Positions 12,441 to 23,601 of a stretch of 32,675 nucleotides of DNA are shown piece by piece; the stretch's first letter is position 1; each line of letters starts with the position of its first letter. The stretch lies in NCBI GenBank assembly GCA_003990765.1, contig RBNJ01000339.1, positions 1-32,675 on the forward strand, in the 5' to 3' direction. The notes beneath the pieces were generated by a model. The model was not told where the DNA came from. It worked only from the letters and a program-made list of their open reading frames with translations, and searched no databases. The stretch comes from Jimgerdemannia flammicorona (taxonomy: Eukaryota). Both the position numbers and the translations under genes were made by a program.

Positions 12441-12669
12441 TGGAGGTGAGTTTGAGTCACGTTTATGCCGCGTGAGGAAATGTGACGGGTTGCAGAAATT
12501 GGGAACTTGCAGCTTGGGTCTGTTGTCGTCATTGCTTTTATGCGTGAAATGTCCGGTAATTGTCGCGAAGCTTCAAGTTAATTGCTGGCAGTGGTTGAGA
12601 TACGTCGCCACAGAGCGTATGTTTCGGTTGTCTTCCGTCGTTCCAAAGTGATACTAAACGGATAGTACT

Positions 12670-13893
12670 TCAATAACAACTACCCGAGGTGCTTCTTAAA
12701 TATTTTTGCCCGACCGACGTACCGGAGCTTTGTCGAAGATCTTGTGTTTCTTTTCGTTCTTTATTTGTGGCATGACATTGGTCCCGAGGTTGAGTGCTAC
12801 GGCAGCAGTGATGCAATTGCCCCTCGGTCACACCTCTCAGCCATTGTTCCGACAAACTGGGGGTGGGTAATGGATCAGCACGGGATTTTTGGACGGATAG
12901 GACGTTGATTCCCTGATTTTCATCCGACGTATGACCTATTCGACCTTGTGCATCAGTCCCACGTACATACGATACGTATGTGAAATTTTTGCAGAATATT
13001 TCATCCGTTTGCACATACATACAAAGTTGGTGTGACATTTGTTCTTGCACAGAAGAGATGAACAATTCAATAGACCAAGTTCTCGATTTCTCGAGCCACA
13101 CGCAGAAGTGACTGAGAAGTTGCCTACGTATGTTGATGCGTCCAATATTATCCATGTCTACGTCACATCTCCATGATCTTGGGAGTATTGTATATATTCA
13201 AGTTGAGGGACGATCCAAATTTCTGTCGTTATTGATTGTTATTGGTGCATGTATATATATCTACGGAAAAAAGGGTCATCTGAGTTAACATGGAACCATA
13301 CTATGGAAATCAAATATTAGCGTGCGAGACATTGTAGTCTTAGTGGAAGGGGGAAAGAGAGAAGAGCGTCGATCCCACCATAAATTCCAAAGATAGGAAA
13401 TCAATCAGGTTCAATTGTGTATTAATAATCGATCCCTCATCACAGGTTGGGAATAATGCATATGCTACGTGGCCACTCGGATCATAAAAGTAAATATCGT
13501 ACGGAGCATTTCTAAGGGCCACGCCAACATGCCAGCTAGGTTTGCTGCAATGGAGCAAAAATGTGTATCGAGGCTGACAATATCGATCGCAGTGAGCGAA
13601 TTTGCATAACAGTTTAATGTTGTGGTCGCCAGTCGACCGTTAGCATTTGCCGTGAAAAGCCCAACGCCGACACAAGCAACTATACACATCATGGGATGGT
13701 TTCGCGTGTTTGCAGGGAGGAGGCGTATGACCATGTTATCTAAGCGTTTTGTGGTAGAAATAGAAATAGGGAAAGTGCGAATGAATCGTTTAAACCGACA
13801 CCAACTTTTGGCTTCGGTAAAACCAAAAGCATAATTTAATAGAAAAATGGCGCCAAGATGATAAATCATAAGCACAAAGGTGTATCCCATCAT
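12670..13893 (-). other. Possible degenerate or unspliceable gene fragments of unknown family (some hydrophobic segments)
   Basis: Several overlapping minus-strand ORFs (13465..13893, 13340..13558, 12936..13145, 12670..13155) and GTATGT donor-like sites. I could not assemble a coherent model or recognise a domain. Confidence 0.2.
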
Positions 13894-13978
13894 TGTCCCC
13901 TATAAATAGATGGAGACACGAATTAGCACCGTATCCATATTACGTAACAGCAATTACGTTGTTACAACATACATACTG

Positions 13979-14020
<42 letters not shown>
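13979..14020 (+). repeat. Poly(A) tract, 42 nt
   Basis: Directly visible homopolymer. Confidence 0.95.
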
Positions 14021-14022
<2 letters not shown>

Positions 14023-14620
14023 GGAAGGGGCTCCTAAGCTGAATGTTCCCGACGGGGGCCTTGATCAACGTTGCGTTGCAGTTATGCTCTGGTTTACGAA
14101 CCGCACTTAAACCTTTTTTAGATCCAATAGCCATTTTGAGGTGTAGTTTTAGAAAACAGGGTTCATTCCGAATTGGGTTGGGGGTCACGCGGCGCGGGGT
14201 TGACGTATCCCTTCCAGTTTTGTTTTACAATATACCATTATACAGCATATTGAGTGTCAACTCATACTTCTAGGATACGATACGACATTTGGCAGTCGAT
14301 AATGATTTGTATTTTGGATTTTCCTTCGAACTTATCCAGTCTCCATTGAAATTACAAAGGAATATCAGTATTATCCGGATGAACCATATATTGCACGAGC
14401 AAGGGAGAAAACGACCGCAGATATGTACATAATTCGGGGTCTCCTGACACCCGCCTACATTCGTCTAAAATAATCACACCCTGATATATAAAACAAAGTA
14501 AAAAAAAAAAAACTCCAGCATCTCTATTCAAACTGAATGGACCCTAACCCTAACATTTGTGGGTATCATTTCTCCAAATTAATCCAACCGAACCCTCCAA
14601 CGTCCATGCCCATCTAGCAT

Positions 14621-17567
14621 CTAGCCCCTTCTCCCACCGCCTGCCTCCGTCCTCCTCGTCAACGCCTCCTGATCCTTTTGCAGATTGGCCAGATCGCGTT
14701 GCAGCTCCTCGAGCATCTTGGCGGGCGACCTTGCTGGCAGCGGGGGAGGGGTGGTGACGCCCATGGACTGCGGGCTCTGGGTGAAAGGAGGCGGGGAGTA
14801 GATCCTCTGCTGCTGGACGAAGGCCGCGGCCTGAGTGTGGTAGGCGAGTGGAGAGGAGGCGGCGGAGTTTGAAGAAGAGGAAGCGCGGGAGACAGAGGAG
14901 GCGCGGGAGAGGGAGGGGGGGGAGGAGGAAGAGGTAGAGAAGAGCTGCTGGCGTGGGGGGAGAGGCGGGGGACGGGTGGGAGATGGGGCGAGGAGGTCGA
15001 GGACGGCGGTGGTGTTTGGTGGGGGGATGGAGTCAAGGCTGCGGACGTGCTTGAGGCGGGCGGGTTTGGTGGTTTGGGGTGGGAGCGGAGGAGCAGGAGC
15101 GCCCTTTCGGTTGGGAAGGGAGTTGGTTTGTTTCGGTTTCGGTTTCGGTTTCGGGGTTGCAGATGGGGTTAGGGATAAGGAGGTCACGGACAAGGAGGCG
15201 GCAGTTTCGAGAGCGTTGAGGTCTGGAAAGCGTTCGTTGAAGGGGAGTTCGGGTTCCGGGGAGAGGACGGGTTGTGGGGTGGATGGGGCCTGGATGGGGG
15301 TTGGGACTGTGGTGGCAGGGGTTTGTTGGCGTGGAGGAAGAGGTGGTGGTGAAGAGATGATTGCTGGGGATGGTGGAGAGGCGAGCACGGTCTGAGCTCG
15401 GGCCTGAGCCTGAGCCCGAGCCTGGGCCTGGGCTTGAGCCTGAGCCTGGGCCTGAGTCTGAGCCAGTGTTTGAGCCTGAGCCAGTGTTTGAGCCTGGGCC
15501 AGTGTTTGAGCCTGAGCCAGTGTCTGTTGCCCCACCGCTTGCGTCGGCCCTGGCACCGCGATCCCTCCTCTCCCAAACTCGGCCAAATCGGCAAATAGCC
15601 CCGAGGATTCCTTCCTCCCTGGCGCCGCAGGCCTCTGCCTCGTGTCCCTCACTCCAGATGATGCACCGCCCTCGGACGTCTGTCTCAGGAATGTGAACGG
15701 ATTCTGGGCATCCGTGGGGGAGGGCGATACCTCGTCAGCGGATTTGCGTACCGTCATCATCATCCGCCGGAAGGCGTCCGGGTCGAGCGAGCTGCGCGCA
15801 GCGTGACCCGGTCGCGACGGTTTTTCTGGGGCGAGCGGGGTGGTTGGAGTGGTTGGCGTCGCGGATTTCGAGGCGAAAGGCGAGGACGGTGCCATCGTAA
15901 GTCGCCGGAAGGCGTTCGGGTCGAGTGAGCTGTGCGCAGCGTGACCCGGTCGCGATGGTTTTTTCGGGGCGAGCGAGGTGGTTGGCGTGGTTGGCGTCGC
16001 GGATTTCGGGGCGAAAGGCGAGGACGGTGTCGTCGGGGTGGTGGGTTTGGCGGGCGGCGAGGTGAAAATCGAGAAGGGGGAGGAAGTTGGGGATGGGGAG
16101 GTGGTGCGGGAGGAGGAAGAGGTAGAGTTAGCGGTGGCGGCGATGGTGGTTTGGATAGCAGGCGGTTTGGGTACGGGCCCTTTGGACATGCTTTCGGGTT
16201 CAGATGCGGGCGACTGAACCGGGAACAATGACAAAATGGACTGTTTCTGCTCCAACTGCTGGCGCTGTTGCTCCTGTTGCTGCCTCTGTTTGTGGGAGAA
16301 GAATTCCGACTCCGACCCTGCCGTCAAGGACGCCGCGGCGCCCACCGGCTTCTCGGGCTTCGTGTTGGCAGAGAGCCATTTAGAGGCGGATTCTGGCTCC
16401 GTCGCTGGTGTGGAAGGGGACACGGCGCTGTAGAACGGGTTACCAGGCGAGATGGGTGAGGGAGACGTGGCGGCGGGAGTCGAGGTAGGAAGCGGGGCGA
16501 GCTGCGCCGGGGGGAAGTAGCTCGTCGCGGCAGTCTCGAGCGGCTTGGGCGTGCGCGGCCGATTCAAGCTCGCGGGTATGGTCGCCGACGACTTCTGCGG
16601 CTCCGACACTAGCGACTCCCACCACTTATCCGACTCCCCCGTCGCGGGGTTATGTGTCTTCGCCGGCACCGGGGCTGACGCGAAATCGCCCAGCAGGTCG
16701 ACTTCCTTCTCAGGCTCGTTCGCGACGGGGGCGTTGAACATCCACGGATGAGCCGTCCGCGCGTTGGCAGTACGCGGTGGGGGATCGTCGCGAAAAGCGA
16801 AAGGAACGGGCGGCGTAATTACGTAGCCGGTGTGGTTGGGGCGGAGGGTGGGCGTTGCGGTGGTGGGAAAAGCGTATGGCGATTGAACGGGAACCGGAGA
16901 ACGAAATGTGGAGGATTCGAGATAAGCGTCGACGGGTTGGAGTCGGAAGCGGGGGACGGGAGCTGTGAGGGTGAGTTCCGAGTCGATTGTTAATATATGG
17001 GATGAATAAGAGAATGTGTAGCTGAGCGAGCGGGCACTTACCTTCAATGAAAACCAGGTTCGGTGATATCACGCGGCCGTTCTGCGCGTGAGCGACAAGC
17101 CTGAGGATGGCGTAGAACTGGCCTTCAGAGAGGCCGTCGTGGGCGCTGTCGAAGAAGGCAAATATCTGCGGTGGGAGGTATGATTGATCGATCAGCGCCA
17201 AATTAGTTTCCGTGACATCACCAGGGTATCCTTTCGCACTTTGGTAACCGATATTTCTGAGCATACCCACCTCAGCCAAAGTCTCCGAGGGCAGGTATGC
17301 ATTTGTGAGGAACCTCAGCACGGCGGCGTTGGAGACAGACGCGCCCATGGAGAAGGGGTCGAGCTCATTGAACCAGGAGTGGTAGGGGCCGCGCTCGCGG
17401 TCCGACAGGGAGGAGCGCGGGAGGTGGGGTGTGGCCGCCGGAACCTGATACTGGTACTGGTGCTGGTGCTGGTGCTGGTGCTGGTGCTGCTGTCGCTGTT
17501 CGGCGGCGGCGGGCTGGGCGTACCTGTTGGCGGCAAGTGGGAAAGGGTTGTCCAGGTCGAAGTACAT
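14621..17567 (-). CDS. EH-domain protein with a long Pro/Ser/Thr-rich disordered tail; endocytic scaffold-like (exons 17567-17271, 17165-17042, 16962-14621)
   Basis: N-terminal EH-like fold (YHSWFNELD...AVLRFL...LPSETLAEIFAFFD...LSEGQFYAILRLVAHAQNG). Three NPF motifs, DLL motifs, PPPLPPR SH3-ligand motifs and a C-terminal short coiled coil. GT-AG introns 17270-17166 and 17041-16963 keep frame. Confidence 0.85.
15392..15521 (-). repeat. Coding minisatellite (AQAQTL x4 then AQ repeats)
   Basis: 18-bp unit 'gagccagtgtttgagcct' and 6-bp 'tgagcc/tgggcc' units. Confidence 0.9.
15760..16030 (-). repeat. In-frame 138-bp (46 aa) tandem duplication inside the EH-protein gene
   Basis: 'cgccggaagg' at 15765 and 15903. 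PSSPFA.KSATPTTPTT.LAP.KPSRPGHAA.SSLDP.AFRR occurs twice. Confidence 0.9.
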
Positions 17568-18865
17568 GGCGCTTTCATGCGGGTAGTGTCGAGAAGAGGG
17601 CAGGTTGAGTCCGGGGAATAAGGGGCGTTCTTCCGGGTCTTACGGATCGGAGAAGACGACGTTTTGCCGCTTGGCCAGTCACAGCGGAAAGTTTCATTTG
17701 CACTTATCGGTCGCTCCTATTTCGGTTTGCCCTATGACATCATGCCTGTCCACAAACCTTTCATGTAGCCATACCCACCCACTCTACTCTCCTGCCAAGC
17801 TTCCTGGTGAATTAATTCATTTGATCCATTTCGATCACCGCCCTCATGTCCTTGGTCCTTTGGTCGCTGCGAATCTCTTGGCACACATCTCTGCCTGATT
17901 TGATCGTGCCAAGCCCATCTACCATAACATTCAGCTGTGATTCCCTCTTCCGCTTGGAAAGAGAGATTGCAGCCTCATTCGTCAAGCACATCGTGGGCAC
18001 AGCTTCCTTTTCCGCCGCCATCCCTCCAAACGATGGGTCACAAGGGATGTCCGGTGGGCGTCGATCCCTAGCGCCCGCAGATCAGATCGGGGAAGGCTCT
18101 TAGGGAAGCCTTTTCGAAGGGATGGGATACATTAGTATAGGGCTACGTTATTGTAATACACTACCCAAGAATACCTTACTGCAGTTGGAGGCTTGCAATT
18201 ATGTTTTTCTATCTTAAGATAGGCACAGTGATTTTTGACAAGAGGACTGCCAATGACATTTAAAGAGAACAGGATTTCGCGTCGCGCCAGTTTCACTGTG
18301 TTTCGCAAGCACGTATTTTAAAAACCCGTGCGAACACAAGAATTCCGGAAATACATGTCATTGCGGCTCTGGGCTCCAGGTCAATTTCAAGGTCATGGAA
18401 TGTGTTCAAAGTACATTGTTCACGAATCCGACATGCAAAGAAAGATGAAAGATAACAACAGCAGACCAAGCATAAAAAATGCTGACGGATGAACGCTCTG
18501 TGATAATGTCATGCAATGTCGGTCATTGTGCCTTCTATCTGGTCACAGACACACGAGGGCACGAGCAACGCATGAACGCGTAGAGAGGCTAGGTAGAACG
18601 CGGCAAGCCGTGGCTGTTTTGGTCCTTCACATGACATTCATGTGCGCGGGTGTGACGTGCATCGATGACTAGCAGTCACGTTATCGTGGCTTATTTTCAT
18701 ATATATAGTATCTCCTCCTCCTTCCTTGTCTTCTTTCTTCCCGCTCTCTGCATTACCTCCATCCTCTCTCTTACACCTACCTTTGAACGGCCGTCCTGTC
18801 AGCCGACACACGCTCGTTGAATCCTCCTCTTTTTTCCCTGCAAGGCCCTGAACCCCCCCGCAACC

Positions 18866-21647
18866 ATGTATCGAATCACCCCGCAGCTCTACGACAAGAT
18901 TAAGCACTTTGCAAAATTCCCGCAGACAGGGGTGTCATTGCGCCAGATGGTTATGTTTGGTATGCCGCCTTTGTCCTGGGATTCTCTGGGTGCTTGCTGG
19001 TTGACTAGCGCGAGCCATTGAACAACTCAGTGACAAGGTGCCCGTCACAGTGACAAACACAACCCTAACTCCCATCTTCTTCCCTCTCCCTTCCCCCCTC
19101 CCCAACTACGCCTCGACACCCCCGACCATCCAGGCCAGAAGCCGACGCAGGGTACCCTCCTCAAGGCCAGTCAATTTCTCCACGGTACGTCCTACTCCCG
19201 ACATACCGGTTTTGGACATCAGCCGTCCCGATCTTTCATCTCCGATCTTTGATCCTGATCACGCACTTCCTAACCCACCATACTCACAGAGGAACTCCCG
19301 ATCCGGCTCGCACACCGCGTCAAGGAGCTTGAGGAGCTTCCGCACAACCTCAGCGACATGCCCTCTATCACCAAGGTGAAACAGTGGTACGCGCAGTCGT
19401 TCCAGGTACGCGAACCCTCCCTTCAATTCGACCCATGACACCGTCCGGGGCATTCCATTCCGGATGGCCCCTGCCCCGATCCAACCTTTTCCACCCTCGT
19501 CACATGACGCGCGCAGGAACTCGTCGACCTCCCGCCCCCGGAGCTCTCGCAGGCCGTCCGGCAGAACCTCAAGGCCATGGCTGTCAACATCGAGCCCATG
19601 CAGCTGCCACCCAACACTCCCAATTTGGCCATGGAGGACAACCTTTACGGCCGGGCGCCCGTCGCCGCAAACGGCGTTATGTCCGTACCTTTGGGGCATA
19701 GGTGGGTTAACCCTTCTTCGCTATGGATGCTTCTGTGACGGGGTTGTATTTTACTTGAACGCTGATGGTTATAGTTGGATTGTGGGTTAGGTACTACACC
19801 GGTGTGGGCGATTTTGACTACCCGCCTGAGGTCGTCAACTACAATGAGCGGTTCGTGAAGACGATTGAGATGATCAAGCGGAGACACGATCCTGTTGTAA
19901 CTACCGTGGTACGTGTTACGGGTATGGTGTAGAGAAGGCAACAAGCAACAAGCACAACCCCATTTCATTTTGGTTGTTTGGATAATCGCTTACCTTGGTA
20001 TCCCGCCGTCTCCTTCTACATCGGATTATGTCGTTGGTATCACCTCCCTATAGGGTAAGTATCACTTTTTTTTCTCTCATCCATACACCTATGTGTCAGG
20101 CTCTACGCGATCACTTGCGATCGTACAGCTTCAATCTTATGAATGAATTCACGAACCGATCCAATGAACAACAGCTCAGGGTATCCTCGAGTTCAAAACG
20201 CACCGTAAGTCGCCACACATTGACACGGACGTGCAGGCGTTCTTGGACCGGTTCTACATGTCGCGTATCGGGATTCGTATGCTGATTGGTGAGTGTGCTA
20301 GGTGTATTTCGGGCGCACATGGCCAGCGTGAGGGAGGGGGGATGGGAAATTCAGAGATCACGCCGCGTCCTCAGGGACTTACCGCAACCGATCCCACTCC
20401 CAGGCCAACACGTCGCCCTACACCGCGGCCCGCCGCGACCTGACTATTGCGGGGTGATCTGCATCAAGACGAACCTTTCGGAGATGGCGCAGGAGGCAAC
20501 GGACAACGCGCGGTTTATCTGCGAAGATTACTACGGGCTTTTCAAGGCGCCTGAGATTCAGCTCTTCTGCCGCCCGGACATCGAGTTCATGTACGTCCCC
20601 TCCCATCTCAGCCACATGCTGTTCGAGTTACTCAAGAACTCCTTGCGCGCCGTCGTAGAGACCTTTGGCACGGAGGCCGATAAGTACCCGCCCATCAAGC
20701 TTATCGTCACCGAGGGGAAAGAGGTCGGTTGTTGGGTGAAGGGGGGAGGGGATGCGGGGTGGTGTCGGGTGAGGTGGCCGGTTTGGAATGAATGAACTAA
20801 CTGTTGATTGCCTCGTTCTTTCAGGATATCACAATCAAGATCTCGGATGAGGGAGGCGGCATCCCGCGCTCCGGCATTCCTCTCGTGTGGACATACATGG
20901 TGCGTTCCGGAGACTCGGGCGAGAGACGTAGTTTTCCTAAGAGAGGGCGTGATATGGTTTATCGGGTTTATCGTAGTTTCATTTCTTTTTCTTTCTTTTT
21001 TTTTTACTTGTTTTATGTTTAACCTACACCCATATACATTATGCCATATTAATATACTCACTACGACTTTGTTTCCTGGCGAGGTTCTTGGAATATATAC
21101 ATGAGATATTAATCGTTTCATCTTTCCGTTTGCTCGCTCGAACAGTACACCACCGCGGAGGCGCAGTTGCTCGACCCAGACTACAACAAGTCGGATTTCA
21201 AGGCGCCGATGGCCGGATTCGGGTACGGGCTACCGATCTCGAGGCTGGTACGTGTGTGGGGATGGGCGCGGTTGTACTGTCAGTGAGAAAAGCGAGGATG
21301 GGGTCGCGAGAGTGTTTTGTTTGTCTTGTGTGGGTTGGTGTTCGTGTGCGTGGCTGACACGGGCGTGACCGGTCGTTTCGCATCACAGTATGCACGGTAT
21401 TTCGGTGGCGATTTGAAACTGATATCCATGGAGGGGTAGGTATCTCTTTATGTTTTGTCACGTTCGATTCATACACCTCTTGTGGCTTTGGGGTCCGTAT
21501 TACCACGATTGTTAGTGAATTGCGACTCTCATGTTCTGATTGAATAACGTCCCGTCGATCAACGCGATCCAACATCGTCGTAGCTACGGCACGGACGTAT
21601 ACCTGCATCTCAACCGTCTATCCAACAGCGACGAGCCGTTGTGGTAA
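18866..21647 (+). CDS. PDK: Mitochondrial pyruvate dehydrogenase kinase (PDK/BCKDK family, GHKL ATPase); 11 ordinary exons plus a predicted 1-nt exon at 20054
   Basis: Motifs [127 protein letters not shown]. Stop TAA at 21645-21647. Confidence 0.96.
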
Positions 21648-22044
21648 TCCCTCCCCCTACCCTCCCACCCCATCCCACCCCACCCGAGTGAGCGTGGGAT
21701 CGGGCGTGGATAGACATTTGCTTCGATTCGGATCTTCTTTAATTATGTTGTTGTAAGTGGGAGGATATCTATCTGGACTTGGGAAAAGTGTATTTTAACT
21801 ATGAACCTCCTTTGGAAAGGGATTGTTCCTTTTAGGAGCGTAAAGCCCCACACATATGTACAGATTTTTGACATTCATGATGTATTGGACGATGCTAACT
21901 AGTGTAGCCATGCTTGACACATAAACAGGTTGAAAGGTCAAGGGCGGACCTCTTCACGATTTCATTTTATTATAATCTGAGATGCTATATGGGGCATGTT
22001 GCAACAAAACCAGACAAAGTGAACATTTAACATTGATGTTGGAA

Positions 22045-22652
22045 TTACTTCCTTATTTTCAATCAAGGTTATTTTTTAATCTCAATTTGAGCAGTTAGTT
22101 AACCATTCTGTTGTAATTGGGCTTTTAACTCATTGATTTCAATAATTAGCTTTTGCGGGGTGAGTTTTTTTAATCTTTCCACTTTGGCTTCTAATTCCTT
22201 TATTCTATTCAACAACTCTTGTTTTTGTCTTTTGCTCCACTCCTCCAATGTTTCTTGAAACTTGGTTATTTCTTCTCTTTCAACTTCTAGTGTCTCCTTA
22301 GTAGCAGATAGTTCTTTTTCCAACTCTTTGGTTTTGTTTTCTAGGTGAGAACTATAAGAATTAGCAGCTAACTTTTCTTTTGAAATTGGCTTATTTGATT
22401 TATCTTTCTCTAAATAACAAAAGCACCTATTTTGGTTTCTTTTTATTCTTCTGCACTCTTCACATCAAGATAAATTGTTGTTTTCAAAATCTTTTTTATA
22501 ATCCTCACAAATAAAAACTATGTCAAAAAACCCACCAGTTTCTTTATTATGTACTATCATTTTATAGATTATAAGAGTGATCTTGAAATTAAAAGTTGGG
22601 TTTTAAAATCTAGCAAACAGAAGTTATATTTTTGTAATTCTCTCTTAGCTAT
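22045..22652 (-). pseudogene. Intron-less Cys-cluster plus coiled-coil gene relic, MRE (Mycoplasma-related endobacterium)-like
   Basis: Reconstructed (M)AKRELQK.NFC...ICED...CEEC...CFC...ELEKELSATKETLEVEREEITKFQETLEEWSKRQKQELLNRIKELEAKVERLKKLTPQKLIIEINELKAQLQQNG*LTAQIEIKK*P*LKIRK*. Contains frameshifts and transition-derived stops. The family call rests on my recall of MRE protein style, not on a search. Confidence 0.55.
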
Positions 22653-23601
22653 TGGAATTATATTGTAATCTAATTTTATAAGCCTATTTGCTCTTTTGTA
22701 AGATATAAGTATTGAGCCTTTTCTTTTACTTTCTTTGCTGCATGTTTGATTTTTGAAAGCCTACTTACTTTTTCTTCTCTTAATTCCTTTATTTTTTTCT
22801 CTTTAACAAATACAGTATATTCTAAACTACACACTCTTCTTAAAAGTTCATTGGCTTGCTTGTCAAACTGGTCAACTATTTTATTGAATTGTCTTTTCTT
22901 TCATTCATGGGATTTTTCTAAATATTTGTCAAATTCTTTCTACTCAATTTTTATACTTTCTTTTAGTTTTTCTACTTTTGTCTCTAACTCTTGCTACTTT
23001 GTTTTTAGTTCTTTAATTCATTGAACTTTATTTTCAATAATATTTTTAAGGATGATGTCTTTAGCAGGTTTGCCTCAAAGTTAACCTCCTGATTTTATTT
23101 GCAGCATAATTTTAGCCTTATCTTTATATAGTTTTTAGTCTTTTATCACTACTTCTCTATAATACTCAGTTGATCTCCAATAATCTACAATAATTTTCTT
23201 GATAATTTTTTCTAGTCTTTTCTTATTTTCTTTCTTCATCTATATATTGTAATTTGTAAGTACATATCTGTAATATATTATTTATAAATAGTAGTTATAA
23301 ATTGAACTCTTAATGATTTACTAATCAGTTCTCTTAAATATTTCTCTATGTTTTTGACAACATTGAAATAAGAAGTTCTTTTAACTGTCTCTGCTATTAT
23401 TTGATTAACTTATTCACTGACTTCTTGCTTGAATTCAGCTTTCTCTTGTTTAGTGATTAGTATTGACTTTTTTAATTCTTGATTTTTCTTTTTGATTTCA
23501 TCATTTTCTTGTTGTTTATCTAACAATTGCTTTTTCAGTAATTTGATTTCATTTAGTAATTCTTTGTTTACATGTTGTTATACTTCTAAAATATTTACCA
23601 T
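22650..23601 (-). pseudogene. Intron-less Lys/Glu-rich coiled-coil gene relic, MRE-like
   Basis: One frame from ATG 23601 (MVNILEV*QHVNKELLNEIKLLKKQLLDKQQENDEIKKKNQELKK...KEFDKYLEKSHE*KKRQF...KIKHAAKKVKEKAQYLYLTKEQ) runs ~315 codons, interrupted only by stops one transition away from CAA/CAG/CGA/TGG. It shares an E-W-x-K-R-Q-like segment with the downstream gene. Confidence 0.55.

Noticed and set aside
13910..14188. Poly-Lys / poly-Phe ORFs and a possible LINE tail
   Set aside because: Translations of the poly(A) tract; no TSD or RT remnant found.
14541..14554. accctaaccctaac, telomere-like
   Set aside because: Only about two units in a 3' UTR-like region; compatible with chance.
15361..15696. 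PEPEPE / LRLKHW repeat ORFs
   Set aside because: Alternative-frame readings of the AQAQTL minisatellite in the EH gene.
17812..18103. Short ORFs between the EH gene and PDK
   Set aside because: No recognisable domain or splice model; lies in the divergent promoter region.
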